A stretch of 45,300 nt of DNA from Sphaeroforma arctica JP610. Taxonomy: Eukaryota. The position numbers were made by a program, and so were the translations under genes. Positions 25,787 through 39,200 of this stretch are shown here, in pieces; the stretch's first letter is position 1; the number at the start of each line of letters is the position of its first letter. The DNA lies in assembly GCF_001186125.1 (NCBI RefSeq), contig NW_014040430.1, positions 96,406-141,705 of the forward strand. Reading direction: 5' to 3'. The notes under the pieces were generated by a model. The model was not told the origin of the DNA. It saw only the letters and a program-made list of their open reading frames with translations, and searched no databases.

Positions 25787-27885
25787 GCTTCAATAGTTCC
25801 GATTTCCGCACACATACAAGATATTGTACTACAATAAATCCAATACTTTGAAGCTCGATACGAAATATTGATTTCTAGTATAACATGTCATAGACTGTTT
25901 TTTAGGCCTTGTCAAGGGCTTTCCGATGAATTATTTTTTTAGTGTTTGCGACGTATGTAACGTGAGTAATATGCGACAGAATATAGTACAATATATTGTA
26001 TTTTTTTTTACCGATTTGTCCACTAGAGTCTACTACAGAGAGGAAAATCCAAAAATATCTCGGCAAGTCATACATAAAAAACATATAAAAAAGTCATAAA
26101 AGATCGCCTGCTGGTAGCTGGTAAACGATACGACTTCCTACATGTCAGAATCATGACGTATATGGGATCAAAAAAAAATCTAATTTCTGATGTTCTCGAC
26201 ACATCGTTTGTTAAAAAAAAAAACGCTAGAGCAGAGTAGCAGGCCAGAAAAAAACGCCGCAGTCTCGGGGCCGGCTAAATACGGAAGAAAGTGATGCTTA
26301 ATTTGCCCATTTGAAACCCAGTACAAAAATATAGGAAGGCCCAATACAAGAGGACAATGTGATACCAGCAGTAGAGGAGAGATAGGGACAATTACGTTTC
26401 CCGTTAAAAGGCAATTTTTTTACAGAAAAATATGCGTTTACGCTCAAAGTTTATCAATATAGTCATATGGGTTTACAAAAAGGTACATTTTTTGAGGCGG
26501 CCTATTTTTCACTTTGTGTCAGTTGTGAATAGTTTCAAATCGTCTTTTCATTAACAAGGTTAATTTCTCAGGTGCAAATTTGGAACATTTTCATGGTTGA
26601 TTTGCCCTCGATATACTTTAAAACGCTTTAAAGAAAAAAAAACCTTTTGCGATTACGTTTAAAGTTTATCGCATATAGGCAAAACGTATTGAGCCTAGGT
26701 GACCGGTGAACTGTGAAGTATGTTTTATCGAGGATTACGAAATGAGTAAAACATTATAGACCTACCGTGATGCCCATTTGCCGAACACTTTGCACCCATT
26801 TGAATTTTGACATTGCTCCCCAAAGAAATAATAATTTTGAAACTTCAGAAGGGATGACAGCAGTCTAGCACAGGGCCTCCTCCACAGTCCACACTGTCCA
26901 AAGCCAGAGCGGGCACAGGCGTGTTTGAGATACATACAATCAACTGCTATTTATGACTTCAATGTACACAATGATATTTCATGGACCTCTGGAATCTGGA
27001 TTTGGGTTTCGAGCAGAAATCAGGTTTCTTCCACACGACGACGAAATCGTAGATTTAGCGCAGACAACTCAGAGGGCCATGGATATTTACTTACAGGTCA
27101 TAGACGACATAGAGGCCAGACCGACAGAGGGTCATGGTCCCCCTTTTTTGGGGGGGGTTTTTAATTTAAAAAACGCCTTGAAGAGTTTGAACACTCTCGG
27201 CCTTGGGCATCTCTGCGGCTCGGCCTTACACTTCTCTTTTGACTTTTCTATAAGTAAACCTCCCAATAATATTATGCTTTTAGCTCCACTGGTCTCCTCA
27301 CCGACGACAAGTCGACAAGAAAGTGAAGAGAGTCGACAACACCAGCAGTGATTTATTTGTTTACTCTTTCGAAGTTTCGGATCTCGGACACATTTCATGA
27401 AATATAATTTACTCTGAAAAATATATTTCAACCACTGACGAGTAACTCGATTTCAAATTTCAAATTTGTATACAAATTTTCAATAATACCAACAGTCCTC
27501 GGGTCCCCGACTCCCCGGTCACCGTGTGACCGCTGGTGGCCCGTGGCGCCTGACTCCCGACTCATCTCTTTCTATATTGTAGTATTGTGTATGTAGTACA
27601 GTAGGGACTCTACTCTACGAGAGAGAGAGGACCCATTATACCCATTAAGATGCCGCGGGCCGGCAACTCTTCTTTGAATAGTATTTGAAATCCATTGGGC
27701 ACGCGACATAATTCAGGTCTCAGATACCAGATGTGAAGGACGCTACATAGATAAGTCACAAATGATATGGAAATCAGGTCTTCATATAAAGTGAGATGTG
27801 ATATCTAGATTCTACATCATATCAACACTAATCGATAATATAACCTCATTGGAGCCCATCGTATACTCAGGTGTAAATATATATC

Positions 27886-28728
27886 ATGAAACTTTTCGTT
27901 TTGATTGCGCTATTTAGCATCGCCTCACAATCGCTAGCGGCACCCATAGAAAGTAGAGGTCTAGCGGGCGAAAAGGAGTCTATAACTTTTGATCAACATG
28001 AGCGTTTCACACAAACGAATAGGAGGCGTCAAATACCACAACCATCACCGATTTACAGCAACGTTCCCCAGTTTACTCCAGTACAATACTACACGGGACC
28101 AATGCCGAGCAGAACTCCAGTACCATATATTACGGTGAATCAGCCGACAAACGAACGAAATCCAGACAGCGGGATTGAATTGGGAGATGATGATGGAAGT
28201 ATACAATCCCAACAAGATACGATTACGCCACTGACCACGTTCCCGGACACAGAAAGCTCGCCAAATGACCCTGTCTCTTCGGATACCCCTGTGACTGGCT
28301 ATTTGAGTCCCGAATACATAGATAACAATCCAAATTCAACTCTTCCTGGACCGAACGGCCGTGTGACAATGCGTGCTAATCTTGCTTTTGATTTTCTAAG
28401 TGGTCCGTGCGGATCAAAGGTTTATCTGTCAAGTGATGGCGTACTGCACTTGTATAACGCTGGAGGTGCAAACGTAGGGCAGTTTACGGGCGCTTACGGT
28501 GCTTGTGATCAAATGAGCAGGGTCCCCTGTGTCATGCGATTCGAAGCAGGGTCGCTAAACATAGGTAATTACGCACGGGGAGAATTCCACGACCCGAAGT
28601 TCAGTACGAATTCCAATGGAATCATGGCAATCGTAGTTGAGACGGGAGATATTTGGATCATTCGTGAGAATGGTGTTGCAGAAGTCAAAATTTTGATGAA
28701 CTCAACTAACGATATCTGTAGTATTTGA
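27886..28728 (+). CDS. Intronless predicted secreted protein, 280 aa, function unknown
   Basis: Clean ORF; signal peptide MKLFVLIALFSIASQSLA; RRR basic site; Pro/Thr/Ser/Asp-rich linker; Gly-rich ~120 aa C-terminal domain with 4 Cys; TATA-like tataaa at about 27786. Confidence 0.8.
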   Translation: MKLFVLIALFSIASQSLAAPIESRGLAGEKESITFDQHERFTQTNRRRQIPQPSPIYSNVPQFTPVQYYTGPMPSRTPVPYITVNQPTNERNPDSGIELGDDDGSIQSQQDTITPLTTFPDTESSPNDPVSSDTPVTGYLSPEYIDNNPNSTLPGPNGRVTMRANLAFDFLSGPCGSKVYLSSDGVLHLYNAGGANVGQFTGAYGACDQMSRVPCVMRFEAGSLNIGNYARGEFHDPKFSTNSNGIMAIVVETGDIWIIRENGVAEVKILMNSTNDICSI

Positions 28729-30239
28729 GCTGATCTCGTAAATACGCAATTATAAGTACATCAACTAGCAAACTTTGCTTTTATACGCCCTATAAATATA
28801 AAAAAGAGAAGAACACAAATTTATAGAAAATCAACTCAAGTGACAACAATTCTACAGCTTACTAGCGCACATACACTGATAAGGCATATTCGTGCGCGGG
28901 CAATTTGTGTATTTTTTAATTCGTAGTTCTGGTCAGAACTAGATGTTAAATACGTAACATACATTTTTTGACAAATTATAAGTACACAAGAAAAGCAGGC
29001 ACAGGAGTATTTGTATTCCTAGCGATGAAATTCCTCAGCCCCAATATACTCGAAATCCACATCATGTGACGAATTGAGATATTTTTTTCAACGTACAGCT
29101 ACTGAAAACTCAAAAACCCAGTTCATATTCTTCTCCAGTGATTAAATCACGATGTACTCTGCGATAATCAACAGAGTCAGTGGACTTTGTTGGTAAATTA
29201 CTATCCAGACTGACGCTTAATGTGCTCGCCCGGTATCCAGCACATGTACTTCTCTGCTGATACAGGAAGGCTACAGCTCAGCGGGTGGCGATGCAAAAGC
29301 GCTTCATGCCAAAGCGACATGTCAGGCTTCCCAGTAGGCCAAATACAGCTCTAGAGAGCAACCCGGCAAAATGGTAGGCAGAGCTTCGCTAAGTGGGCTA
29401 TTATAACAAAAATTCAAAAGATGTCATATATGTGCATCTAGCTTACGAACACCAAAACACATCATGATGTGTCAGCAACGCATCTATCGATTTCGCCATC
29501 GGTTGCATCCATTGTGTCTTCTCTGGTAGATGTGATGTTTGGTTTCAATACAGTACTTACTAGGCAGGCAGAGCTAAAATAACAACCCGTCCTAGTCCTA
29601 GCAACCACAACGAACTAGTCAAAAAGTAAACCGACCAGCGGATGGGAACGACTCCCTGCAACGCATTGACTGTGCACCTTACTTCTGGAATCGGCGGCGA
29701 GGACACACATCGGCTACTACCGGGGCCAGAAAATCATATAGCATAAGATTGTCCCACTAAATTTACGTAGCAAGCGGAAGCAAGAGCCTGATACGGAGTG
29801 CGTGCTGACCCAAATTCCACAGGGCATACTACTTAGCCAATTCAACGCTCTGGCAGCGCTCTTCTCTCTGCATTACCAGTTCTATCTTGCTGCTTCTTCC
29901 GCAGGCATTGTGCTTACCGCCGTATTGCCTTTTTCGAGCTTCTGGCATCGAGTGCTCCGCGGTCAGCTACCATCATCTCGTTCCCATTATCCCTGACACT
30001 CTTCAAACCTATCAATAGCAATGTGTTTTCAACAAATACCCCAACATCCATTTCCTGGATATAGATACGTTCGGAGACTGTGACTCGACTCGCTCATCGC
30101 CATCTCTACAACCTGCTTATGACCTACCAAACTTTGTTTAGTATATTCGCCATCGTCCACTGTCTACCCCCTTGCCGTGTTCGTTAATAAATTTCTCTTG
30201 GCTGCACCCATTACAGGTCTTGCGCCTACCTCCAGATCG

Positions 30240-33200
30240 CTACCTTGGCGTTCCTTGATAATGGTATGGCCGTTGTCTATTGCTGCCCGCTCGTTCGTGA
30301 TCAGCTCTCTCATCGCTATCTCTACCGCCAGCCCTGCGCCTACTGCCATATCGATCAGGAGGTTCATATCCGTATTGATTGGCGCTGTTATTCCTGTATC
30401 CATTCCAACCTTCATGTCGGCGTGTATGTGAGCGATCCAGTTCTTGGTTGCTTCGGCTCGTACCCCTATACCCACCTCTAACTGTACGTCCACCTCGACT
30501 ATCACCGTGGCCACCTCTCTGAGTATTCCTATACTTAGCGCCATCATCAAATGTGCTCGATCGCACACCCGAAGGTTCACCAGAAAGTCTGTCAGCGCTG
30601 AAAGAATGCGCCACGAGTAAATCGCGAACGGTATCAAACGCCGCTAAAAGCTTTGGACTATCCACCGGTGCACCGATCGCAGTGTCACACAGCTCCGCAA
30701 TACCTTTCCGCAATTCCAGAACATCTACTTCGGCATGCGAAGGAATCACCACCGACTGCTCTGTGTTGCCGATCTCATAGAACACTCCTCTCCCGTCACG
30801 TTCGCAGACCCTAGAGAGGCACAAGGGACGAGTAGATGGCTATCAGTTTATGGAGTAGCGAATTGAGAAAGGAGTACGAAAAATGCTGTAACACTACGGG
30901 CGTGACGATTAGCCTATTTGTGACCGTACTTGACAGAGTACAAGACCTCGCGGGCAACTACTTGTAACAGGGGCGCATGGAACAAGTGACAATAAAAATG
31001 CTTAACAATGACTCTGTACACCACACCAGAGACTGCCTATAGCTCCAACGGCAGGTGTGGCTGATGGATCACACCAGAAACTCTCACTAAATATGCGGGG
31101 TTTTTCGAAAGCACTGCACCGATACACAGTCGGTATAACGCCGCGCGCCACAAACGTTGAGCCGACAATCGATCTCAATGATATCTGGACCAGTGACTTG
31201 ATGTTGGGAGAACGTGCAAGAGGATGTCAGGAAATATAACGAACGCACCTTTTCACGTCAGGCGCCAACAGTAGTGTCATGGCCGGTTCTAAGAGTGTGG
31301 AATCGTAAACAAACGTCTTTGCAGTCCTCATAATCTGGTAATAGGAGTACCATGCCGTCATGGCTTCGCTTCTCATCTCTTTTGGGATCTTGAAGTTCAC
31401 TGATCCTGGATGTATCTACGGTTGGGAGGTGTTAAAGCACAGAGTATGAGTGCGCATCATGTTCTGACAAATCACTTAAAATATGTTAAGCTACGCTTAA
31501 TCGGTCACTCAGCCCTGTGCTTAGAAAACGTTGCGTGGTTGTGAGGGACTGTGCTGATACAGTAGAGATCTTAGGCTTCGATAGCTAAAGCACACAAATC
31601 TTCAGAAGCAGAATTACATACCTCCACACGAGAAAGCGAATCCCCCAGGTATGCGGAAACGGATTTCCTGTTCTTGGCTGCAACGCTGGGCCACAGGCCG
31701 ATACCCATCACAGCTCTAGTAGGAAGGCAAAGGGTATACACACCGTTACTTCAGCATATACCTCGCTCAAATGAGACAACGGCTACGGTATGCATCACTC
31801 CGAGGCAGAGATTTCGAGTCAAGCCTATCGTTGGTTCACTCTCTGGACGCAGTACTATATCAGCAATTCGTACTTCACTATTGACAGCTTCTAGAACACA
31901 GGTTGGAAACCAGATACCTTCCTACCAACGGCTTTGCTAGGTACCCATACAGGAACAAATTATCGAATCTCATAAGTAGGACCTGTCGATTCCAAGATGA
32001 GATCTGATTCAAACATCGATCGTTACATGCAATGAATAGCCAAACTCTCAGCACACTCGCGGGAACATAATAAGCATGCATCACAACTACATCACAACTA
32101 TATAAGAGTACGGATCTCTTGTTGTTGCAAATAGACAAGGAATTACAATCGAAGATATATTCAACTATTGCAGCAGTAAAATACGAAATGTCTCCTAGAA
32201 TCCAAAACAGGTCATCGAGTGGGCTGAGCTCACGTGAGTAATAGAGAGCAACCACACGTTTGACAGTGACCTACAGAAACAATAAGATGACAAAAGTATC
32301 GCACATAAACTGCAGACTACCGTAGATGAGCCAGATATACAATGCGATATCAAAAACCTTGGTCGTACACTCCCGACTGTCGCGGAGAAGCTACTGATAC
32401 CAATACTTTCGGAAGGTATGGGACATACCGGAAGACGGCATCGTTTCTAACCCCCCCATCCCTCAACCCTAACTTCGTGCACATGGCCTTGATATCCCCT
32501 ACTAAGCTGTGTGCAAATTTCATGGTAGTCTGCGAAATGAAATGCTCGGTGCAGAACTTATTCTGCATACGTCGGTCACCCATAAGCGAACGCCATGTTG
32601 CGTAGGTCTTAAGAAGCGTGATGTGATCTGACATGCACAAACCAGCTAAACTAGCCTTCGCCATGTTGGCCTCGTACTCACGACCTGCAATTCAGGGACA
32701 GTCATTGGTGCGAGGGTTAGGGGTATGCAAAAGAAACCCCGTTGCCAATGAGGGAAAAGCAATGACCGATAATACCCCTAACATCGTCTTCATAGAGTTA
32801 ATACGCGGGTGTAGCTCTATTAAATTAATGTAAGCGAATCAAATAAAAACTCAGTGAGTTCACGAACGAACGGAGTCTCCCGTGGGCACAACCACCTACA
32901 TAGTGCCGCGCGTCAGATGTCTTGCACTGGTGGTAGAACGCAGGGGCAATGGTACAAAGGTATCCCATGGGGTGCAGAAGGCATGCGAGGTATCGGCAAA
33001 CATACCCAATGGCGCAAAAAAAGGGCTTTTGTATGAAATGAATGCGGCCACGATGCAGGCCCAATCGAGACATCCCATGAGATGGCCATACAGGATGAGT
33101 CTGCCCAGACGAGGATGCAATGGCAGCGACGCCAGTTTCTCACCCAGGTGGGTCATATTCTCATCCTTGTCAAGTGCACCTTTTCGTAGATAAGAATGGA

Positions 33201-36200
33201 ATGAATGTGGTAACAGGGAATTAGACAGAGCACGAGAAGGTGTGCTACAATACTAAGTAGAGGTGAGTAGATCGGAGCTGACACTACAAGTGTTTGTGAT
33301 AGTCACTAACAATGCCCCGAGACCAGGGACCGCGTTCACATACTGTACATTTACAAAGGTAACATTGCATTTAAATTTTTTTTTTTGAACGACAACCCAC
33401 CTATGCCTTCCAGCAAGGTCACTGCGTTGTCGACGGTAGACAGCTCTGGCGGATCCAGTGCGCGGGTAAGTGTCGGGCGGATCAGCCCTAGTTTGTGCAC
33501 CTGTGAGGTTAGGAATCCAATGCAAGCTAAATGCGTGGTAGGACAACACTGCATATATTGACCTTTGAACCAAATACAGAGTATAGGCATCGCATGAATG
33601 AAAAGCGTTCAAAGCATCAACAAGTGAGCAAATCCATTCACGAAAGATTGCTGAGGTATACTTTAGATCTTATAAGAGAAGCGAAATGCGGGAGTTGCTC
33701 ATGGTCAGTCCAAAAGTGTGTTGTAACACGTGACCATTAGAGTCCACAAAACATCAATCGTTAGGAATTGAGTAGCGCCAGGACTCACACTTGGCCGTCA
33801 GCCACCGGCTGATGTCAAACCAGCCGTAGGTAAACGTTTACGTTAACTTAACGTAACTACGATTCACATTCCCACATAATCATGTAATATGTGACTTTTC
33901 AACATACAGCTGCGATTGAAGGAATGAACTTACCTTGACCATCAAGCACAGTTCCTCTACCGGTGTTCGTCTCATCTCTGGCTCGATCATATCCTTCATC
34001 GCCTCCTGATTATAACGCGTGTACAATCTGTGCAAGGCAATCAATAAGGTGAGGTAAAGAAAGTTTAGCAGAAAAGAACAGTCGGTTGGTGCCGCACTCA
34101 CACGTCCATTATCACCAGTTGCCTCATGACCATTGCGTATGTGATATTCTACAGCATCTGTAGACTCGTACTGGCTGTGACATCTGCTGGTACGACCTAA
34201 AAGCTGTGACATCTGCTGGTACGACCCCTCCGCTGTTAACAGTTATCCCTGCTGATCGGTGCAGTATCAGATGTCTGTATGCGTGCATCCAAAAACATAC
34301 CACAGCAATATACTACGCGATGTAATATGATACTAATAAACTAAAAGACAAACTGCGTAGATATCAATACCTCGGTATGGAGCGTATGATATAATAAATA
34401 AATTTATAGACCACTTTTAGGCTGACACCTACCAAGAACCCCTGCCCCCCTCTGCTGTTGGCAATTGGCCTTGCGGATCAGTTCAGCCACAGATGGCTGT
34501 AGGTACGCATGTATAACAACACCACAACAACATTTTGAACAACTGGCCACCAAACCTAAATACACCGTCTTCATTGTCATCCATAGTTATCCATAGCTCA
34601 GGATACAACATACATAGTGATACACACACACCTATAGACCTCACCAGGCTGACACCTGCCAGCACGGCCCCTGCGCTGTTGGCAGTTGGCCTTGCTGATC
34701 AGTGCAGTAACGAGTGCCTGAATGTGCATGTCGGTGAGGTATTCGGTCACACGACATTTGCCGCTGTCAATGACATACACAATGTCGTCGATGGTGATGG
34801 ACGTCTCCGCTGCACAGGACCAAGAAATACGGATCGGATTGACTTTAGTACTCTGTCGCATACAACTAAACCTACATCTACGCCACCAGATATGATCTTT
34901 GAAGCCATATGTTGAAGTGATTTGCGATTGATAACAATGTGCAGGAATGGATCGAGAGCAGTTTATAATATGTAAGGCATGGATCGAGAGCAGTTTATAA
35001 TATGTAACGACTGGATCGAATTTGTACCATAAATATTTTGGTGTGTATTCTCACGTGTGGTAGAATTCGGGATAATATATTCTACAGCAAGAAATATTAG
35101 TACACATAGAAAGTGTATGGCATCCAAGCAGCTTTCCACAGAACTCGTGTTGACTTGTGCACTTTATCAGTCAAACATCACGCAAGCACAACATCACATC
35201 TGGAGCGTCGACGAGAGCATGGCTTTCCTTACCTAGATTTGTGCTGAGAATAACCTTGGTGCGATTTGGCGGGGGTGACTGAAATACTAACTTCTGATCT
35301 GGCACCGGCAGCAACGAGTATAACGGCAAGACCCACATACTCTGATCTTTCTCTAGCAGAGCCTTTACATCGGCTGAATGAGACGTAAAAGCCATGGATA
35401 TAAGAAAAGGTATGGTTAGATTGGGTGAATATAACAGCCCTTCGAAAACGATCGATGGCACGTATAACCGCAAATTAGATATACCTATATGTTGTATATG
35501 TCTGTACTTGGGCGTATACATACACACACAACTTCACAGACATTTATATACGCATATCTATATGTAGTATATGCATATACTTGGCATAGACACACACTCA
35601 CACAACTTCACAGATATTTATATACGCATACCTCTATGTAGTATATATCTATACTTGGCGTATACACACACTCACACAACTTCACAGACATTTATATACG
35701 CATATGGTATGTCTCGATGTATATCTATACTTGGCGTATACACAAACTCACACAACTTCACAGACATTTATATACGCATATGGTATGTCTCGATGTTGTA
35801 CAACAACGTAATGGACGAGAATTTGCAAAGCAGCGAAATACGCCGCTTAGGCATTCGAAAACATATACTCCGTGAACTGGTCACGATCCTAGACTACACA
35901 CGACAGGACACGTTTGCACGGAAACGTGCATCGAATATAAGCATGTGCACACGTACACCCTCACACAACGTGCATCGAACATAAGCATGTGCCCACGTAT
36001 ACCCTCACACAACGTGCATCGAATATAAGCGTGTGCCCACGTATACCCTCACACAACGTGCATCGAATATAAACATGTGCATAAGTACACCCTCACACAA
36101 CGTGCATCGAATATAAGCATGTGCACACGTACACCCTCACACAACGTGGTACTCACAACTCTATTCTATCCATGTCCAACCGCTACTCACTGATTTCTTT

Positions 36201-39200
36201 GTAGCCCGGCAGGAACACTAGCATGGCTCCAGGTGGTCGAGTGCGGTGTATGAAGGCGACCGTGGATGCGACCAGCTCAGCGTTCGTGGTGGCGAATGGG
36301 CTGCTTTCCAGATTGAAGATGCTCTGGGCCACATGCGGCTTGCATTGCAGCCTGGCCTGAATCTCTTGTTTCGTTAAGCGTGGGGTTTCGGGGTCTTCTT
36401 TCTCGGTCAGTATGTTGCCGCGGCTGGTGTTGTTAGGTGCACAACGTTAGTACGTGATAATGTGAGTGCTGAGGGACGAGATTGCCATACTATACAGGTA
36501 TACGTGAGGATAGGCCATACTCTCCAGGTACACGTGTGTGGATAGGCGCACAGTACTAGTAGGCGATGGTGTGGGTGTATCGTTTGAGTCATACGGCAGC
36601 GCGGCGCTCCCGGAGATCGACGAAGAGGATGGACAAGTTAATGCGCATGCGGGTGCAAATGTAGAGAGGTGCGTGCGTCATCAATTTGTATGTGCATATA
36701 ACTGTACTGTATCGGTTGAGATGTCAATAGATACAGTTTGGGTTTCTTCTGTGGATGCGTTCCTATGCATTGTTTGTGTTTGTTGGTGTGATGGTGAATG
36801 TATGCAGCTGTAGTGCTATTGACTCTGAAGATGTACATATGTAGGTCCAATGCGTATTACCGTGTGTCAATCTCGTATTCTTGTTCTTGTTCTGTTAAGT
36901 GAAATATACTCGTGCGGGAATAGCTGGGAATACATGTATGTGCCGTATATAAGCAACTTCTTTATCTGTTTAGGAGTGAAGGTAGATGTAATTCTTTTCT
37001 ACGTCTCATTCGATGTTTAGGAGTGAAGCTATTTCCAGTACTATACAACCGATGCTATTTGTGCATTGGAACGGGGACAGATAATTGAGTTCGGGTTGTT
37101 TGGAGAGCTTTAAGATCCGTAGGCAGTGGAAGATCATGAGGGCGACTGATTGGTCGTTGTAGGTTGAAATAGTCTATCTCCAAACTACAGATCCAACACA
37201 AACACAGCGCAAAGTGCACAGAAATTGATTGGCGAGCCGTCGCATGGAGACTAACTCATAGATACGTATCAGAACTTGGGCTATCTGAACTGGCGCTGGA
37301 TACGGCGTGATAATATTTATGGACCACTATCAAGGTACTCGTCGAAGTCACGCGTGCGTGTACAAGGGTGCGTGCGCATCCCATCTAACGTCTACAATAA
37401 ATCTTGGAAGAATTAATCATCTTTCGCTGCCACGACTGACGAGGGAAGTACAGTACGACATAATTGGGATTGAAAATCTGAACAATAAATCGAATTCGTT
37501 ACACCAGAGCCGACCATGACTTCTGGAAATATACAAATGTGCTCTATGCATGCCTGGATAGAGTTCTCAAAGACAGGCAACACGACCCAGAAGCACACTT
37601 AGAGATAATAGACGTATATTGGTGGCACGTACATACCTATCACGCAGCACCTCAATATGATGATTAGACGCAGCCAACACATCCTCCAAGAAGTGCTCGT
37701 CAATGGGATAGTTGGTTTTCCCTGAGGTCCAAAAGCAAACCAGTTTGGATCGAATGAGAATTATGGTACAAGGTACGCAGACATATTAGAAAGCCCAGAG
37801 AAACTCCTGCTCTGTAAACCAAGTAGACAGTTTTCAAAACTTTGTCATACGATACAATCCAGGCCTGAATAGTAGTACACAAGCCAAGCGTGTGACATGA
37901 TATCAGGATGCAAATGTGTCCTAAACTTCCGAGACACGCTGTCAATGAACGGCGGCCACAGTTTGGATTTGATCAGTCTCCTTTTAGATGTTGTAATATA
38001 AGTTATATTTTGGCAGCTTTCTATTTTTCCTATGACCCCGATGTGTGCAAATCCGGTCATTAGAGTTATTATAAACGGGAATCGATTGCTACTCTGGCGA
38101 TTCGCGTGTAGTAATAAATCCGCGTCGGAAGCGCTCAGCTCTCACTCAGTGCAGTATGCATTAAAACTAACACTTGTCCTGTCTTTAAAGGCTGCTTTGG
38201 TCATATATACCATAATAAACGTTTGAAACGTTTGAGTATTCGCACTGCAACAATATTTTTTGGTATACGCGATAGCAAATTAAGGTTTAAAATGGGGTTT
38301 CCTCCGTATAGGCTGCCACACAGAACTATTGTAGCACTTCACACGAAGATCACACATAACTACCACACCCACAGTAGCTCTCTGTGTACACAGCACACAT
38401 CGACACATCAATCATATAACACCGTCGCGTCTTTATACAAATTAGCGTTCAAGATACAGTAGGAGCGGAATTCTCCAAGTACTATACCGGGAATCTGGAG
38501 AGTAGCCGGGTTGAATTCGCTGAAATAAGTTTCAAAGATTGTCGGATCAAGCGTGGCCGACATGAGAACCACGTTCAGCTGTGGCCGTTGTCTGAGGATG
38601 TCTCGGAGGCACAGCATGAGAAAGTCTGAACTCATCTCTCTCTCATGCACCTATTAGGAATCAAGAAGTGGATATAGCGGGATAACTCGGGATGCTTTCT
38701 CATGCACCTATTAGGAATCAAGAAGTGGATATAGCGGGATAAATCGGGATGCTTTCTCATGCACCTATTAGGAATCAAGAAGTGGATAGAGCGGGATAAA
38801 TCGGGATGCTTTCTTATGCACCTATTAGGAATCAAGAAGTGGATATAGCGGGATAAAACGGGATGCTCGAAGTGAAATGTGTGTTCTGGTGCGGCGGCTT
38901 GCTTCCTGTTCTAGACACTCGAGTTGCAGTGGTATTAGCTGACAGCAGAATTGCGCTGTACACAAAGAAAACATGTTAATGTATCATAATTGTGTGACAC
39001 AGCGTAGCCCACTTGTTTGCTCTGCATCTTATACGTTCCGCCAGCATACTCTCTGCCATCTGGCATAGTGCTCTCGGTCCTTTGCTTCATATTTCAGGTC
39101 ACATGCTTATTGGTTCATTTCAATTTGCACATTCCGATCCGAGTGCACGAGACCAACGAGCTTGAGCACTAAATAAGCACAGGTGATACCAAATTCCACA

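Noticed and set aside
26545..26563. caaggTTAA as the right end of the piggyBac element
   Set aside because: No convincing matching left TIR found upstream of 23356; tttaccttac near 22990 is too weak.
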